Positions 1 through 10,519 of a stretch of DNA of 64,000 bases are shown here, piece after piece. This DNA comes from Octopus sinensis (Eukaryota). The number at the start of each line of letters is the position of its first letter. The first letter of the stretch is position 1. The DNA is taken from NCBI RefSeq assembly GCF_006345805.1, contig NC_043026.1, positions 10,230,001 through 10,294,000 on the forward strand. Reading direction: 5' to 3'. The translations under genes were made by a program, and so were the position numbers. A model generated the notes under the pieces. That model made no database searches and was not told the origin of the DNA. It worked only from the letters and a program-made list of their open reading frames with translations.

Positions 1-59
1 CCTACATAATCCTTGTTTCCATTATCTGAAATGTACTTTCAGAAACTTTATATTCAATA

Positions 60-442
60 CTAGCAGTATCGCCCGGCGTTGCTCGGGTTTCTAAGGGAAA
101 TAACTATATAAGCATTTTTAGAGAGTTATAGCCAAAAAATGCATTAAAAATGGAAAAAAAATTATGGTAAATTTTTTTTTAAATCGTTGACTCATCGTAG
201 ACATTTTTAGAGAGTTACTTCCCTTATATAATAGCGAAAAATGCATTAAAATGGAAAAAAATGGTAAATTTTTTTTAAAATCGTAGACTCATCGTAGACG
301 CGCGCTAATACCCAGAAGGGCTCGATATGAATCACGACTATAAGATACCCGGTTTTGGTTAAACTGCACCGCAAAATGTGGGAGTAGTTAGGAATCTAAA
401 TCGTAGGAGACAGACACACAACTTCTCTTTTATATATAAAGA
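60..442 (-). mobile_element. Non-autonomous Helitron
   Basis: On the - strand it starts TC (442-441) after an A and ends CTAG (63-60) before a T. A GC-rich hairpin CCCG..CGGG (72-87) lies ~8 nt from the 3' end. No TSD. These are canonical Helitron termini. Confidence 0.8.
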
Positions 443-499
443 TTAGGAGGAAAGAAATTGCTAGTAGAATGGGCAGACATCGTTAGCTATACAAAGAAA

Positions 500-1310
500 C
501 AAACATTCGATAAACTATAAAAGAATGTTGGTTTCTGAACATTTCAGTGGTTGGAGTGTATTTCAGAATATTTCTTAAACGAAAGAAAAAAGAAGGAGAA
601 CGTGTCAACGATGGAATGTGTAGAAGGCAGATTTCGCAGCGAGAAATAGCAGCCAAATCTTGCACATACCAGACACCTCTCATCCGTAGCTAGAGATAGC
701 AGTCAAATGCCGCAAAAATCAAGGACATCATTCGTTAATAAAACATAGAATAGAAACAAAGAATCGATGCGCGGCATTCTTTCGATATAACTCGACAAAA
801 TCAATACGTTTCACTTCGGGTATTTCCGTGGAAGCAAATGACAGTTCGATTCTGTTTCTGCTTGGAAACAAATATGCAAGGCTTTTTTTTTCTTCAAGTT
901 TAAAACGAGACATTGCTGGCATAATTCCGTTATATCTATACTCCACAACCCACGGAGATACCCGAAGCGAAATGTTTCGATTTTGTCGAGTTATATGTAG
1001 AAAGGAGCTTGCATAGCTAGAAATAGCAGCCAAACCCCGCACAAATCACGGACATCTCTCATTTATTCATAAAACAGAAAGACACAGGGAATCAACGCGT
1101 CTACATTGAATATTTTCATTGTTTAATACTTACGGAAATCTTTCAGAAAGGATAGTGTTGTTATATACGTGTGCAGCTGGCAGTTGAGAAATAAATTATA
1201 AGCATTACAAATGAATTATCAGCTGAGTAAGAGAAATTCACGCACCTGGACATTTAACCAGAAACCAACATGAAGAAGGAGGTATGGCCAGTGCGCATGC
1301 GTATTTCCTC
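500..1310 (-). promoter_or_regulatory. Putative promoter / non-coding exon 1 / intron 1 of a ZNF paralog lying left of the window
   Basis: Diverged homolog of 14760-15200 and inverted homolog of 3230-3540. Contains TGCGCATGCG (1292-1301) and the donor-like GTAAGT on - (acttac at ~1127). Confidence 0.5.
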
Positions 1311-1391
1311 TCTTGCAATATATTACAGCAAAGCGTACTTCTCTCCCATTGCATATCTGTATATTGCCTATTTCTTTACTACCCACAAGGT

Positions 1392-1777
1392 GTGGAGGCG
1401 CAATGGCCCAGTGGTTAGAGCAGCGGACTTGCAGTCATAGGATCGCGGTTTCGATTCCCAGACCGGGCGTTGTGAGTGTTTATTGAACGAAAACACCTAA
1501 AGCTCCACGAGGCTCCGGCAGGGGATGGTGATGATCCCTGCTGTACTCTTTCACCACAACTTTCTCTCACTCTTACTTCCTGTTTCTGTTGTACCTGTAT
1601 TTCAAAGGGCCAGCCTTGTCACTCTCTGTGTCACGCTGAGTATCCCCGTGAACTGCGTTAAGGGTACACGTGTCTGTGGAGTGCTAAGCCACTTACACGT
1701 TAATTTCACGAGCAGGCTGTTTCGTTGATCGGATCAACCGGAAGCCTCATCGTCGTAACCGACGGAGTGCTTCCACC
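1392..1777 (+). mobile_element. tRNA-derived SINE with 14-bp TSD
   Basis: A box (TGGCCCAGTGGTTAG) and B box (GGTTTCGATTCCC) in a tRNA-like head. Flanked by the direct repeat actacccacaaggt at 1378-1391 and 1778-1791. Confidence 0.8.
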
Positions 1778-1788
1778 ACTACCCACAA

Positions 1789-1900
1789 GGTAGATGTTGA
1801 GGATGTTTCTTCTGTTATGTCAATGTCATCTGATGTTCTGGAATTATAGAGAAACAACAGTGTAAGATGTAGAAGCTGCTTAAAAATATAAGGTTTTATT
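1789..1900 (-). pseudogene. Remnant of a ZNF exon-2 splice-acceptor region
   Basis: Reverse complement closely matches 4161-4238 (acceptor and start of exon 2 of the + strand ZNF gene). No finger-coding sequence follows. Confidence 0.6.
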
Positions 1901-2036
1901 TCTGTTGAGTTAAACTCTAGGAATAAACATTTAAATTAAGGTTTTGAGCAATAAATAGGAGGGGACGGGTGAGAACCTAAACCTGGTCAACTCCAACCTG
2001 CATACCAACTCAGAACGTAACGGCAGACCAAATACT

Positions 2037-2760
2037 TATTTCTTTACTACCCACAAGGGGCTAAACATAGAGGGGACAAACAAGGACAGACATAGGTATT
2101 GAGTCGATTACATCGACTTAATTTGCTTAATTCATCGACCTCGAAAGGATGAAAGGCATAGTCGACCTCGGCGGAATTTGAACTCAAATTGCCGTTGACC
2201 TGTGTCCCGCGCGCGAGCTGGCAGAATTGTTAGCACGTCGGGCGAAATGCTTAGCGGTATTTCGTATGTCGTTACGTTCTGGGTCGACTTTGCCTTTCAT
2301 CCTTTCGGGGGTCGAAAAATTAAGTACCAGTTGCGTACTGGGGTCGATATAATCGATATAATCGACTTTGTCCCTTCTATGTTTAGCCCCTTGTGGGTAA
2401 TAAAAAAAATAGGTATTTCGTCTGCCGTTACGGTCTGAGTTCAAATTCCGCCGAGGTCGACTTTGCCCGTCATCCTTTCGGGGTCGATTAAATAAGTACC
2501 AGTTACGCACTTAGGTCGATATAATCGACTTAATACTTATGTCTGTCCTTGTTTGTCCTCTCTGTGTTTAGCCCCTTGTGGGCAGTAAAGAAATGCCTAT
2601 TTCGTCTGTCTTTACGTTCTGAGTTCAAATTCCGCCGAGGTCGACTTTGCTTTTCATCCTTTCGAGGTCGATAAATTAAGTACCAGTTGCGTACTGGAGT
2701 CGTTCTAATCGACTGGCCCCTCTCCCAACATCTCGGGCCATGTGCCTAAGAGTAGATAAG
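2037..2760. mobile_element. Cluster of tRNA-derived SINE copies in opposite orientations
   Basis: A + strand head gagctggcagaattgttagcacg at ~2214 is followed by a body (gagttcaaattccgccgaggtcgactttgcc) repeated about three times. A - strand partial copy occupies 2037-2187. Confidence 0.7.
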
Positions 2761-2996
2761 AATATATTGCAGACAGCCTAATCGTAGGCCACAATTAATA
2801 GAACAGTTACATCTGTTACAATCAACCGATTCTTTATTGAAGTTCTCAACCTAACTTAATACACGGGGAAATTTCAAACGGCATTTTTCAAGAATCGAAA
2901 ACAGAATCTCTGAGACATTCAATGTGGTTTCAAAAATCACAAAAAAAAAAATATTTAAACCCCAAAACTTCAAAGGGTTCAACATGCGTATCAACC

Positions 2997-3156
2997 TATT
3001 TCTTTATTACCCACAAGGGGCTAAACACAGAGGGGACAAACAAGGACAGACATAGGTATTAAGTCGATTACATCGATCCCCAGTGCGTAACTGGTACTTA
3101 ATTTATCGACCCCGAAAGGATGAAAGGCAAAGTCGACCTTGGCGGAATTTGAACTC
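2997..3156 (-). mobile_element. SINE fragment, same family as 2037-2760
   Basis: Direct match to 2037-2187, ending in ggcggaatttgaactc (reverse complement of the B box). Confidence 0.7.
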
Positions 3157-3224
3157 ACCAACCACAAAATACTATGACATAAAGGGAGATAATTTAGACT
3201 CAGCTGCCTGGAAACATTTCAGAG

Positions 3225-3391
3225 AGGAGATACGCATGCGCATTGAAAGTACTTGCTGCATTTTGATATCCAGGTGCGTGGATTTCTCTTAATTAGTTGA
3301 TAAGACATTTATAATAGTTCTAATGAATTCCTCAACTGCCAGACACACACATACATAACAACACTGTCCTTTATGAAACATTTCCGTAAGT
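3225..3391 (+). promoter_or_regulatory. Putative promoter and non-coding exon 1 of the + strand ZNF gene
   Basis: NRF1-like CGCATGCGCA at 3233-3242. Candidate donors CAG|GTGCGT (3274) and CC|GTAAGT (3386). Candidate acceptor ttctttctatgtaatttcAG at 4187-4188. The same motifs are conserved in the paralogs. Confidence 0.5.
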
Positions 3392-3509
3392 ATTAAACAA
3401 CGAAGATCTTCCATGCTTTTAATTCTGTAGACGTTCGGTTTTTTGGCGCATCGATTCTTTGTTTCTCTTCTGTGTTTTATGAACGAATGATGTCCTTGAC
3501 TTTTGCGGG

Positions 3510-3790
3510 ATTTGGCTGCTATTTCTAGCTATCGATGAAAGATGTCTATAATTTGTGCAAGATTTAGCTACTATTTCCAGCTATCGACGAGAGATGTCTG
3601 ATTTGTGCGAGATTTAGCTGCTCTTTCTAGCTATGGATGAGAGTTGTCTATGATTTGTGCGAGATTTGGCTGCTATTTCTAGCTATGGATGAGAGTTGTC
3701 TATGATTTGTGCGAGATTTGGCTGCTCTTTCTAGCTATGGATGAGAGTTGTCTATGATTTGTGCGAGATTTGGCTGCTATTTCTACCTGT
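3510..3790 (-). repeat. Short array (~5-6 monomers) of the 50-52-bp satellite
   Basis: Repeated gatttggctgctatttctagctat; reverse complement of the 8812-10070 satellite. Confidence 0.85.
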
Positions 3791-4436
3791 AGAAGGAGGG
3801 TCGTCAACTCCCAATTTTTTTTTTTCATATTCGTTTTCTACATACTTGTGAACACCCACCAGGCTGCTTTATTTATTTTTTGTTCCCGGGGGGAGGTCTT
3901 TATGTTGACCCCACCTTCTACACTGTCCATCTTTGCCACGTTTGAAAATTGAAAAATTCTAGGTTAATGTTGATATTATTACCCAGAAACAAAATCGCAA
4001 AAAAAAAAAAAAAAAGTGCAACGGGTGTTAAAAAAAAAAAAGGTGTAGGAAACGAATACGGAAACAAAAATACCCGGAAAGCAACGGGAGTGGAGAGAGG
4101 ACTTCGGAAAATTCCCAAGATCCGATGTTTTGCCCTCATAACTTTTAGGAAAATAAACTAAAACACTGTTCTTTCTATGTAATTTCAGAACATCAGATGA
4201 CATTGACATAACAGAAGAAACATCCTCAATATCTACCATGTTTTAAGGAATAAAAGAAAATATTATATGAAACAGATGTATAGCATTATTTCTAGAAATC
4301 TGTGGTAGAATTCCTGTGAAACATTTGCTCTGAAATAATATTATTAGCCAAATTTCTGAACGTCATCGACTGGAGTGTCAAGAAGAGAAGCTTCTGTGCT
4401 GATTAAAGTTGGATTAATGTATGTAAGTGTTGCTAA

Positions 4437-5531
4437 ATGGACAGAAATACCACAGCAGAAGTGTTTGTAAAGAATAAAGTAAAAGAAGAAAAGGAAGAAA
4501 AATATATAAACTGGGATTTGAGAGGGAAAATAATGGAAAAGAGTGAGAAAAATATACAATTGATTTCCCCTGAACCCAAGACAAAAGAGACGAGATCATA
4601 TGATTGTGATATTTGTACAAAGTCTTTTTCTCAGAAAAGTGATCTAAATATGCACAAACGTATTCATACAGGAGAGAAGCCTTATCAGTGTGATATCTGT
4701 GGTAAACTATTCTCTGTCAGTAGTGCCGTATCTAGACACAAACGTATTCATACAGGAGAGAAACCATATCACTGTGATGTCTGTGGTAAATCATTCTCTC
4801 AAAATCGTGACTTAACTAGACATAAACATATTCACACAGGAGGTAATCCGTATCACTGTGATATCTGTGGTAAATCATTCTCTGATAGCAATGCTTTACC
4901 TAGACATAAACGTATTCATACAGGGGAGAAACCATATCATTGTGATATCTGTGGTAAATCATTCTCTGAATGTAGTAATTTAACTGCACACAAACGTATT
5001 CATACAGGAGAGAAGCCATATCATTGTGATATCTGTGGTAAAACATTCTCTCAAAATAGTCAGTTAACTGCACACAAACGTTTACATACTGGAGAGAAAC
5101 CATTTCACTGTGATATCTGTGGTAAACTGTTTTCTCACAGTAGTCATGTAAATAAACATAAACGTATTCATACAGGAGAGACGCCATACCACTGTGATAT
5201 CTGTGGTAAATCATTCTCTGATAGTAGTGCCTTGATTTCACACAAACGCATTCATACAAAGGAGAAGCCGTATCACTGTGATATCTGTGGTAAATTGTTC
5301 TCTCAGAGTAGTCACTTAGCTGCTCACATACGTATTCATACAGGAGAGAAACCACATCATTGTGATATCTGTGGTAAATCATTCTCTGTAAATAGTTTGG
5401 TGACTAGACACAAACGTATTCATACAGGAGAGAAACCATATCACTGTATTGTCTGTGGTCAATCATTCTCTAACAGAAGTCAGTTAACTAATCACAAACA
5501 TATTCATACTGGAGAGAAAGGAAGAGTGTAA
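4437..5531 (+). CDS. C2H2 zinc-finger protein, 11 tandem fingers with a ~55-aa charged leader, no recognisable KRAB/BTB/ZAD domain
   Basis: 364-aa ORF with 11 CxxC-x12-HxxxH repeats joined by TGEKPY-type linkers. Confidence 0.9.
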   Translation: MDRNTTAEVFVKNKVKEEKEEKYINWDLRGKIMEKSEKNIQLISPEPKTKETRSYDCDICTKSFSQKSDLNMHKRIHTGEKPYQCDICGKLFSVSSAVSRHKRIHTGEKPYHCDVCGKSFSQNRDLTRHKHIHTGGNPYHCDICGKSFSDSNALPRHKRIHTGEKPYHCDICGKSFSECSNLTAHKRIHTGEKPYHCDICGKTFSQNSQLTAHKRLHTGEKPFHCDICGKLFSHSSHVNKHKRIHTGETPYHCDICGKSFSDSSALISHKRIHTKEKPYHCDICGKLFSQSSHLAAHIRIHTGEKPHHCDICGKSFSVNSLVTRHKRIHTGEKPYHCIVCGQSFSNRSQLTNHKHIHTGEKGRV

Positions 5532-6413
5532 TTCTACAGTTTCTTGTTTGCTATATATTTTTAATATTCCTGTGTTTTATGCAATGGAGTAATAACTCTA
5601 AAAGCATTTCCAAAATTTTAGATTTTTGCTTTTGCAATTTTTACCTCGCCCTCTTTCCATGATCACTCATCCATTTTCCTTTCCATAATGTAAGGACTTC
5701 TGTACCAAAACACTTCCTCCTCCTGACGACCCTACATATTACTCTTTATTGAATATCGCATAACCTAATTACAGTGTATTTATTGTTTATTATCTTTTAA
5801 ATGCTTCACTCATTAAATATATTATACAATAACATTTGTTATGACTTTTTCATACGCAGGAATATTGTAAAGTTGTCATATATGTACATGTGTAAACAAT
5901 CTGGTGTGTAAACATGTCCTGTTGTGAGGGAATTTGCGGAGGGTCAAGATTGGTAACACAAACAGGGAGGGCTTCTAAGATTAAACGAGGTTGTGGTGGC
6001 GAACATGTAAATCACGCTTGGAGAGAAAACAGACAAGAACACATTTTTCTTGATCTAACTACAACGGAGAAAGAGAAAGAAACGCAAGGTAGGAGAAGAA
6101 AGATGGCTGATGGTCACGTGGGAGCCACATGAGCAAGGGAGAAAGAGTGGCAGATAGAGAACTGTGAAGGGGAGAGGAAAAAATTGGAAATAGGATAAGT
6201 GAGAAAAAAAAAACAGGAGGGGGTGGAGGGGAGAAAGGAAGAGAGAAAAAGAGTAATAGGATAGAATAATGGGAGAAAAGGAGGTAAAAGAATAAGAGAA
6301 AAACGAAAGAGTAAAAAGATAGTAGAGTGCACATCAGAATTAATAAGATAAAACTTGGAAGAGGATGCATGGCATTCAATCATACAATAACAAATAATAT
6401 ATATATAAATACG

Positions 6414-6798
6414 TAGGTGCAGGAGTGGCTGTGTGGTAAGTAGCTTGCTTACCAACCACATGGTTCTGGGATCAGTCCCACTGCGTGGCACCTTGGGCAA
6501 GTGTCTTCTACTATAGCCTTGGGCCGACCAAAGCCTTGTGAGTGGATTTGGTAGACGGAAACTGAAAGAAGCCTGTCGTATATATGTATATATATATATA
6601 TGTATGTTTGTCCCCCTAGCATTACTTGACAACCGATGCTGGTGTGTTTATGTCCCCGTCACCTAGCGGTTCGGCAAAAGAGACCGATAGAATAAGTACT
6701 GGGCTTACAAAGAATAAGTCCCGGGGTCGAGTTGCTCAACTAAAGGCGGTGCTCCAGCATGGCCGCAGTCAAATGACTGAAACAAGTAAAAGAGTAAT
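6414..6798 (+). mobile_element. tRNA-derived SINE with internal (TA)n
   Basis: A-box-like gtggctgtgtggtaag, degenerate B box gggatcagtccc, central ccttgggcaagtg motif, and a 3' tail ggcggtgctccagcatggccgcag shared with the CR1-type LINE relic. Confidence 0.7.
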
Positions 6799-7034
6799 AT
6801 GCATATGTATACACTTGCATCTATACATATATATGTATGCATATGTGGGAACAGGACATCATGAAACCTGGACAAGAAAAAACACGAGTGCATGGAATAT
6901 GAACTATTTTTTCGAACAACAAAAGACACAAAAGGAAAACAAGACAAACAATGCTCTGGTCAAACCATCCGACACATGCCAACATGGACAATGAACATTA
7001 AATGATGATGGTGAAAGGAAAATTTTGAGAGATA

Positions 7035-7982
7035 CATCATCATCATCATCGTTTAACGTCCGCTTTCCATGCTAGCATGGGTTGGACGGTTCCACCGGGG
7101 GTCTGGGAAGCCAGGAGGCTGCCCCAGGCTCCAGTCTGATCTGGCAGTGTTTCTACAGCTGGATGCCCTTCCTAACGCCAACCACTCCGTGAGTGTAGTG
7201 GGTGCTTTATATATATATATATGCATATTTTTTCCATGCTAGCATGGGTTGGATGGTTCGACCGGGGTCTGGGAAGCCAGGAGGCTGCCCCAGGCTCCAG
7301 TCTGATCTGGCAGTGTTTCTACAGCTGGATGCCCTTCCTAACGCCAACCACTCCGTGAGTGTAGTGGGTGCTTTATATATATATATATGCATATTTTTTC
7401 CATGCTAGCATGTGTTGGATGGTTCGACCGGGGTCTGGGAAGCCAGGAGGCTGCCCCAGGCTCCAGTCTGATCTGGCAGTGTTTCTACAGCTGGATGCCC
7501 TTCCTAACGCCAACCACTCCGTGAGTGTAGTGGGTGCTTTATATATATAAATGCATATTTTTTCCATGCTAGCATGGGTTGGACGGTTCGACCGGGGTCT
7601 GGGAAGCCAGGAGGCTGCCCCAGGCTCCAGTCTGATCTGGCAGTGTTTCTACAGCTGGATGCCCTTCCTAACGCCAACCACTCCGTGAGTGTAGTGGGTG
7701 CTTTATATATATATATGCATATTTTTTCCATGCTAGCATGGGTTGGACGGTTCGACCGGGGATCTAGGAAGCCAGAAGGCTGCACCAGGCTCCGGTCTTA
7801 TCTGGCAGTGTTTCTACAGCTGGATGCCCTTCCTAACGCCAACCACTCCGTGAGTGTAGTGGGTGATTTTTATGTGCCACCTGCACAGGTGCTAAGCGAG
7901 GCTGGCAATGGCCACGATCGGATTGGTGCATTTTACGTGCTACCGGCACTGAAGCCGGTCAAGGCGGCGCTGGCATCAGCCA
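7035..7982 (-). repeat. Five tandem ~164-167-bp copies of an RTE-type LINE 3' end
   Basis: Units start at 7064, 7231, 7397, 7561 and 7725. A (CAT)n tail at 7035-7050 and the motif ctggatgcccttcctaacgccaacc are present. The fifth copy continues into native element sequence. Confidence 0.8.
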
Positions 7983-8214
7983 AAATACGTGTAAAAGTCC
8001 CAAGTTACCTCCTCATAATCTGAAATTGATTTCAAATCAACCCTGGGTTTAACCTGAACCTAATTGTAAATTACTTCAGCATTTTCGCATTAACCCCCTC
8101 CTTGGTTTTACTAAAATTAGAAATTTTAATGCATACAATTCATTATACATTTATACCATTAATTATGTGTATCATTCCTTTCTAATGTAAGCACAAGGCC
8201 CAAAATTTCAAAGA

Positions 8215-8290
8215 AGCAGGCCAGCCGATCAGATCGACCCCAGTACACAACTGGTACTTAATATATATTTCTTTACTATCCACAAGGGGC
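8215..8290 (-). mobile_element. Short SINE fragment
   Basis: atcgaccccagtacacaactggtactta and tatttctttactatccacaaggggct match the family at 2997-3156. Confidence 0.55.
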
Positions 8291-8811
8291 TCTTTTTGCT
8301 TCTGTCTGGATGCTAGGTACACCAATCATTCTTTTCGACGCAATACCATTATTTTTTGCAAATTCGGAAACTCTTCTGGTGAAAGTTCTGACGAGCTTTC
8401 AGACACATCTCCCAAAAAATCAAACAAATTATCCATTCTGCTATTCCTTCTTGTAACGGGGGAAGCCATTATCTCTCTGCTTGTAATCGGCTCCTCGCCG
8501 GACAACATGTAATTCCTCCTCTCAACAGGAGAAACAAACATTTCTGCTCCAACGGTAGGCTCCTTGCTAGACGACATTCTTCCCCCGCAACGGACGAATG
8601 AACAACGCGTGCTACCACAAGCACTAAGTGTTTTCAAATGAAAACTCCAACAGTTAAGTTATTCAACAGTTTAACAAGAAACAACAGTTATTAGCAATAT
8701 TAACACCAAGAAACAACAACTTTCACCACGAACACATGTGCGACACACGAAATACAGCTACGCATTTCACCCGGTTTTTTTTTCTGTTGCTTGACGACCT
8801 TCCTTCTACAG

Positions 8812-10070
8812 GTAGAAATAGCAGCCAAATCCCGCAAAAATCATAGACAACTCTCATCGATAGCTAGAAAGAGCAGCTATATCTCGCACAAATCAGACAT
8901 CGCTCATCAATAGCTAGAAAGAGCAGCTAAATCTCGCACAAATCATAGACAACTCTCATCGATAGCTAGAAATAGCAGCCAAATCTCACACAAATCATAG
9001 ACAACTCTCCTCGATAGCTAGAAAGAGCAGCTAAATCTCGCACAAATCAGACATCTCTCGTCGATAGCTGGAAATAGTAGCTAAATCTTGCACAAATTAT
9101 AGACATCATTCATCGATAGCTAGAAATAGCAGCCAAATCCCGTAAAAATCATAGACAACTCTCATCGATAGCTAGAAACAGCAGCTAAATCTCGCACAAA
9201 TCAGACATCTCTTGTCGAAAGCAGGAAATAGTAGCTAAATCTTGCACAAATTATAGACATCTTTCATCGATAGCTAGAAATAGCAGCCAAATCCCGTAAA
9301 AATCATAGACAACTCACATCGATAGCTAGAAACAGCAGCTAAATCTCACACAAATCAGACATCTCTCGTCGATAGGTGGAAATAGTAGCTAAATCTTGCA
9401 CAAATTATAGACATCTTTCATTGATAGCTAGAAATAGCAGCCAAATCTCACACAAATCATAGACAACTCTCCTCGATAGCTAGAAAGAGCAGCTAAATCT
9501 CGCACAAATCAGACATCTCTCGTCGATAGCTGGAAATAGTAGCTAAATCTTGCACAAATTATAGACATCATTCATCGATAGCTAGAAATAGCAGCCAAAT
9601 CCCGTAAAAATCATAGACAACTCTCATCGATAGCTAGAAACAGCAGCTAAATCTCACACAAATCAGACATCTCTCGTCGATAGGTGGAAATAGTAGCTAA
9701 ATCTTGGACAAATTATAGACATCTTTCATCGATAGCTAGAAATAGCAGCCAAATCCCGAAAAAATCATAGACAACTCTCATCGATAGCTAGAAAGAGGAG
9801 CTAAATCTCGCACACATCAGACATCTCTCGTCGATAGCTGGAAAGAGTAGCTAAATCTTGGACAAATTATAGACATCTTTCATCGATAGCTAGAAATAGC
9901 AGCCAAATTTCGCACAAATCATAGACAACTCTCATCCATAGCTAGAAAGAGCAGCTAAATCTCGCACAAATCAGACATCTCTCTTCGATACCTGGAAATA
10001 GTAGCTAAATCTTGCACAAATTATAGACATCTTTCATCGATAGCTAGAAATAGCAGCCAGATCCCGCAAC
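8812..10070 (+). repeat. Satellite of ~25 monomers (50-52 bp) with a 154-bp trimeric higher-order repeat
   Basis: Monomers A (52), B (50) and C (52). A monomers start at 8961, 9115, 9269, 9423, 9577, 9731 and 9885. Confidence 0.9.
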
Positions 10071-10405
10071 AATCAAGTCCATCATTCGTTCATAAAACAC
10101 AGAAGAGAAACAAAGAATCGATGCGCCAAAAAACCGAACGTCTACAGAATTAAAAGCATGGAAGATCTTCATTGTTTAATACTTACGGAAATGTTTCATA
10201 AGGGATAGTGTTGTTATATGTGTGTGTGTATCTGGTAGCTGAGGAATGCGTTAGAGTTATTATAAATGAATTATCAGCTGATTAAAAGGAATTCGTTCAC
10301 AGGACATTTTAGCCATGTGTAACATGAAAATTTGGAGGATAGATGTCCCTACATCATGTGTGAGAAAAAGGGCAGGGAACTGGGGAAGGGGATTAAAAAT
10401 GTAAA

Positions 10406-10519
10406 TAAATACCTGTTGCACAGCCGCCAGCAGGCAGCCCCAGCAAGTTGTTAAGGTGAGACAGTGTCACACGACAACTTGCTGGGGGTGCCTGCTGGAG
10501 CCTTTGCGGCAGGTATTTA
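10406..10519. repeat. Imperfect inverted repeat (46-bp arms, 22-nt loop) inside an unclassified ~500-bp GC-richer element; one copy per unit
   Basis: 10406-10451 is the near reverse complement of 10474-10519. Confidence 0.85.

Noticed and set aside
1393-1470. tRNA gene
   Set aside because: The tRNA-like head continues into a 300-bp body with a TSD and has no proper acceptor stem or terminator; it is a SINE.
4900-5382. Antisense and alternative-frame ORFs over the finger arrays (MIYHRYH.., [12 protein letters not shown]..)
   Set aside because: Shadow ORFs produced by the 84-bp finger periodicity.
5837-6392. Possible solo LTR (TGTTAT...ATAACA, purine-rich interior)
   Set aside because: No target-site duplication, PBS or PPT found, and the boundaries are ambiguous.
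8812-10070. CRISPR-like regularly spaced repeats
   Set aside because: No unique spacers (monomers are contiguous and recur as a trimer), no cas genes, and the context is eukaryotic.
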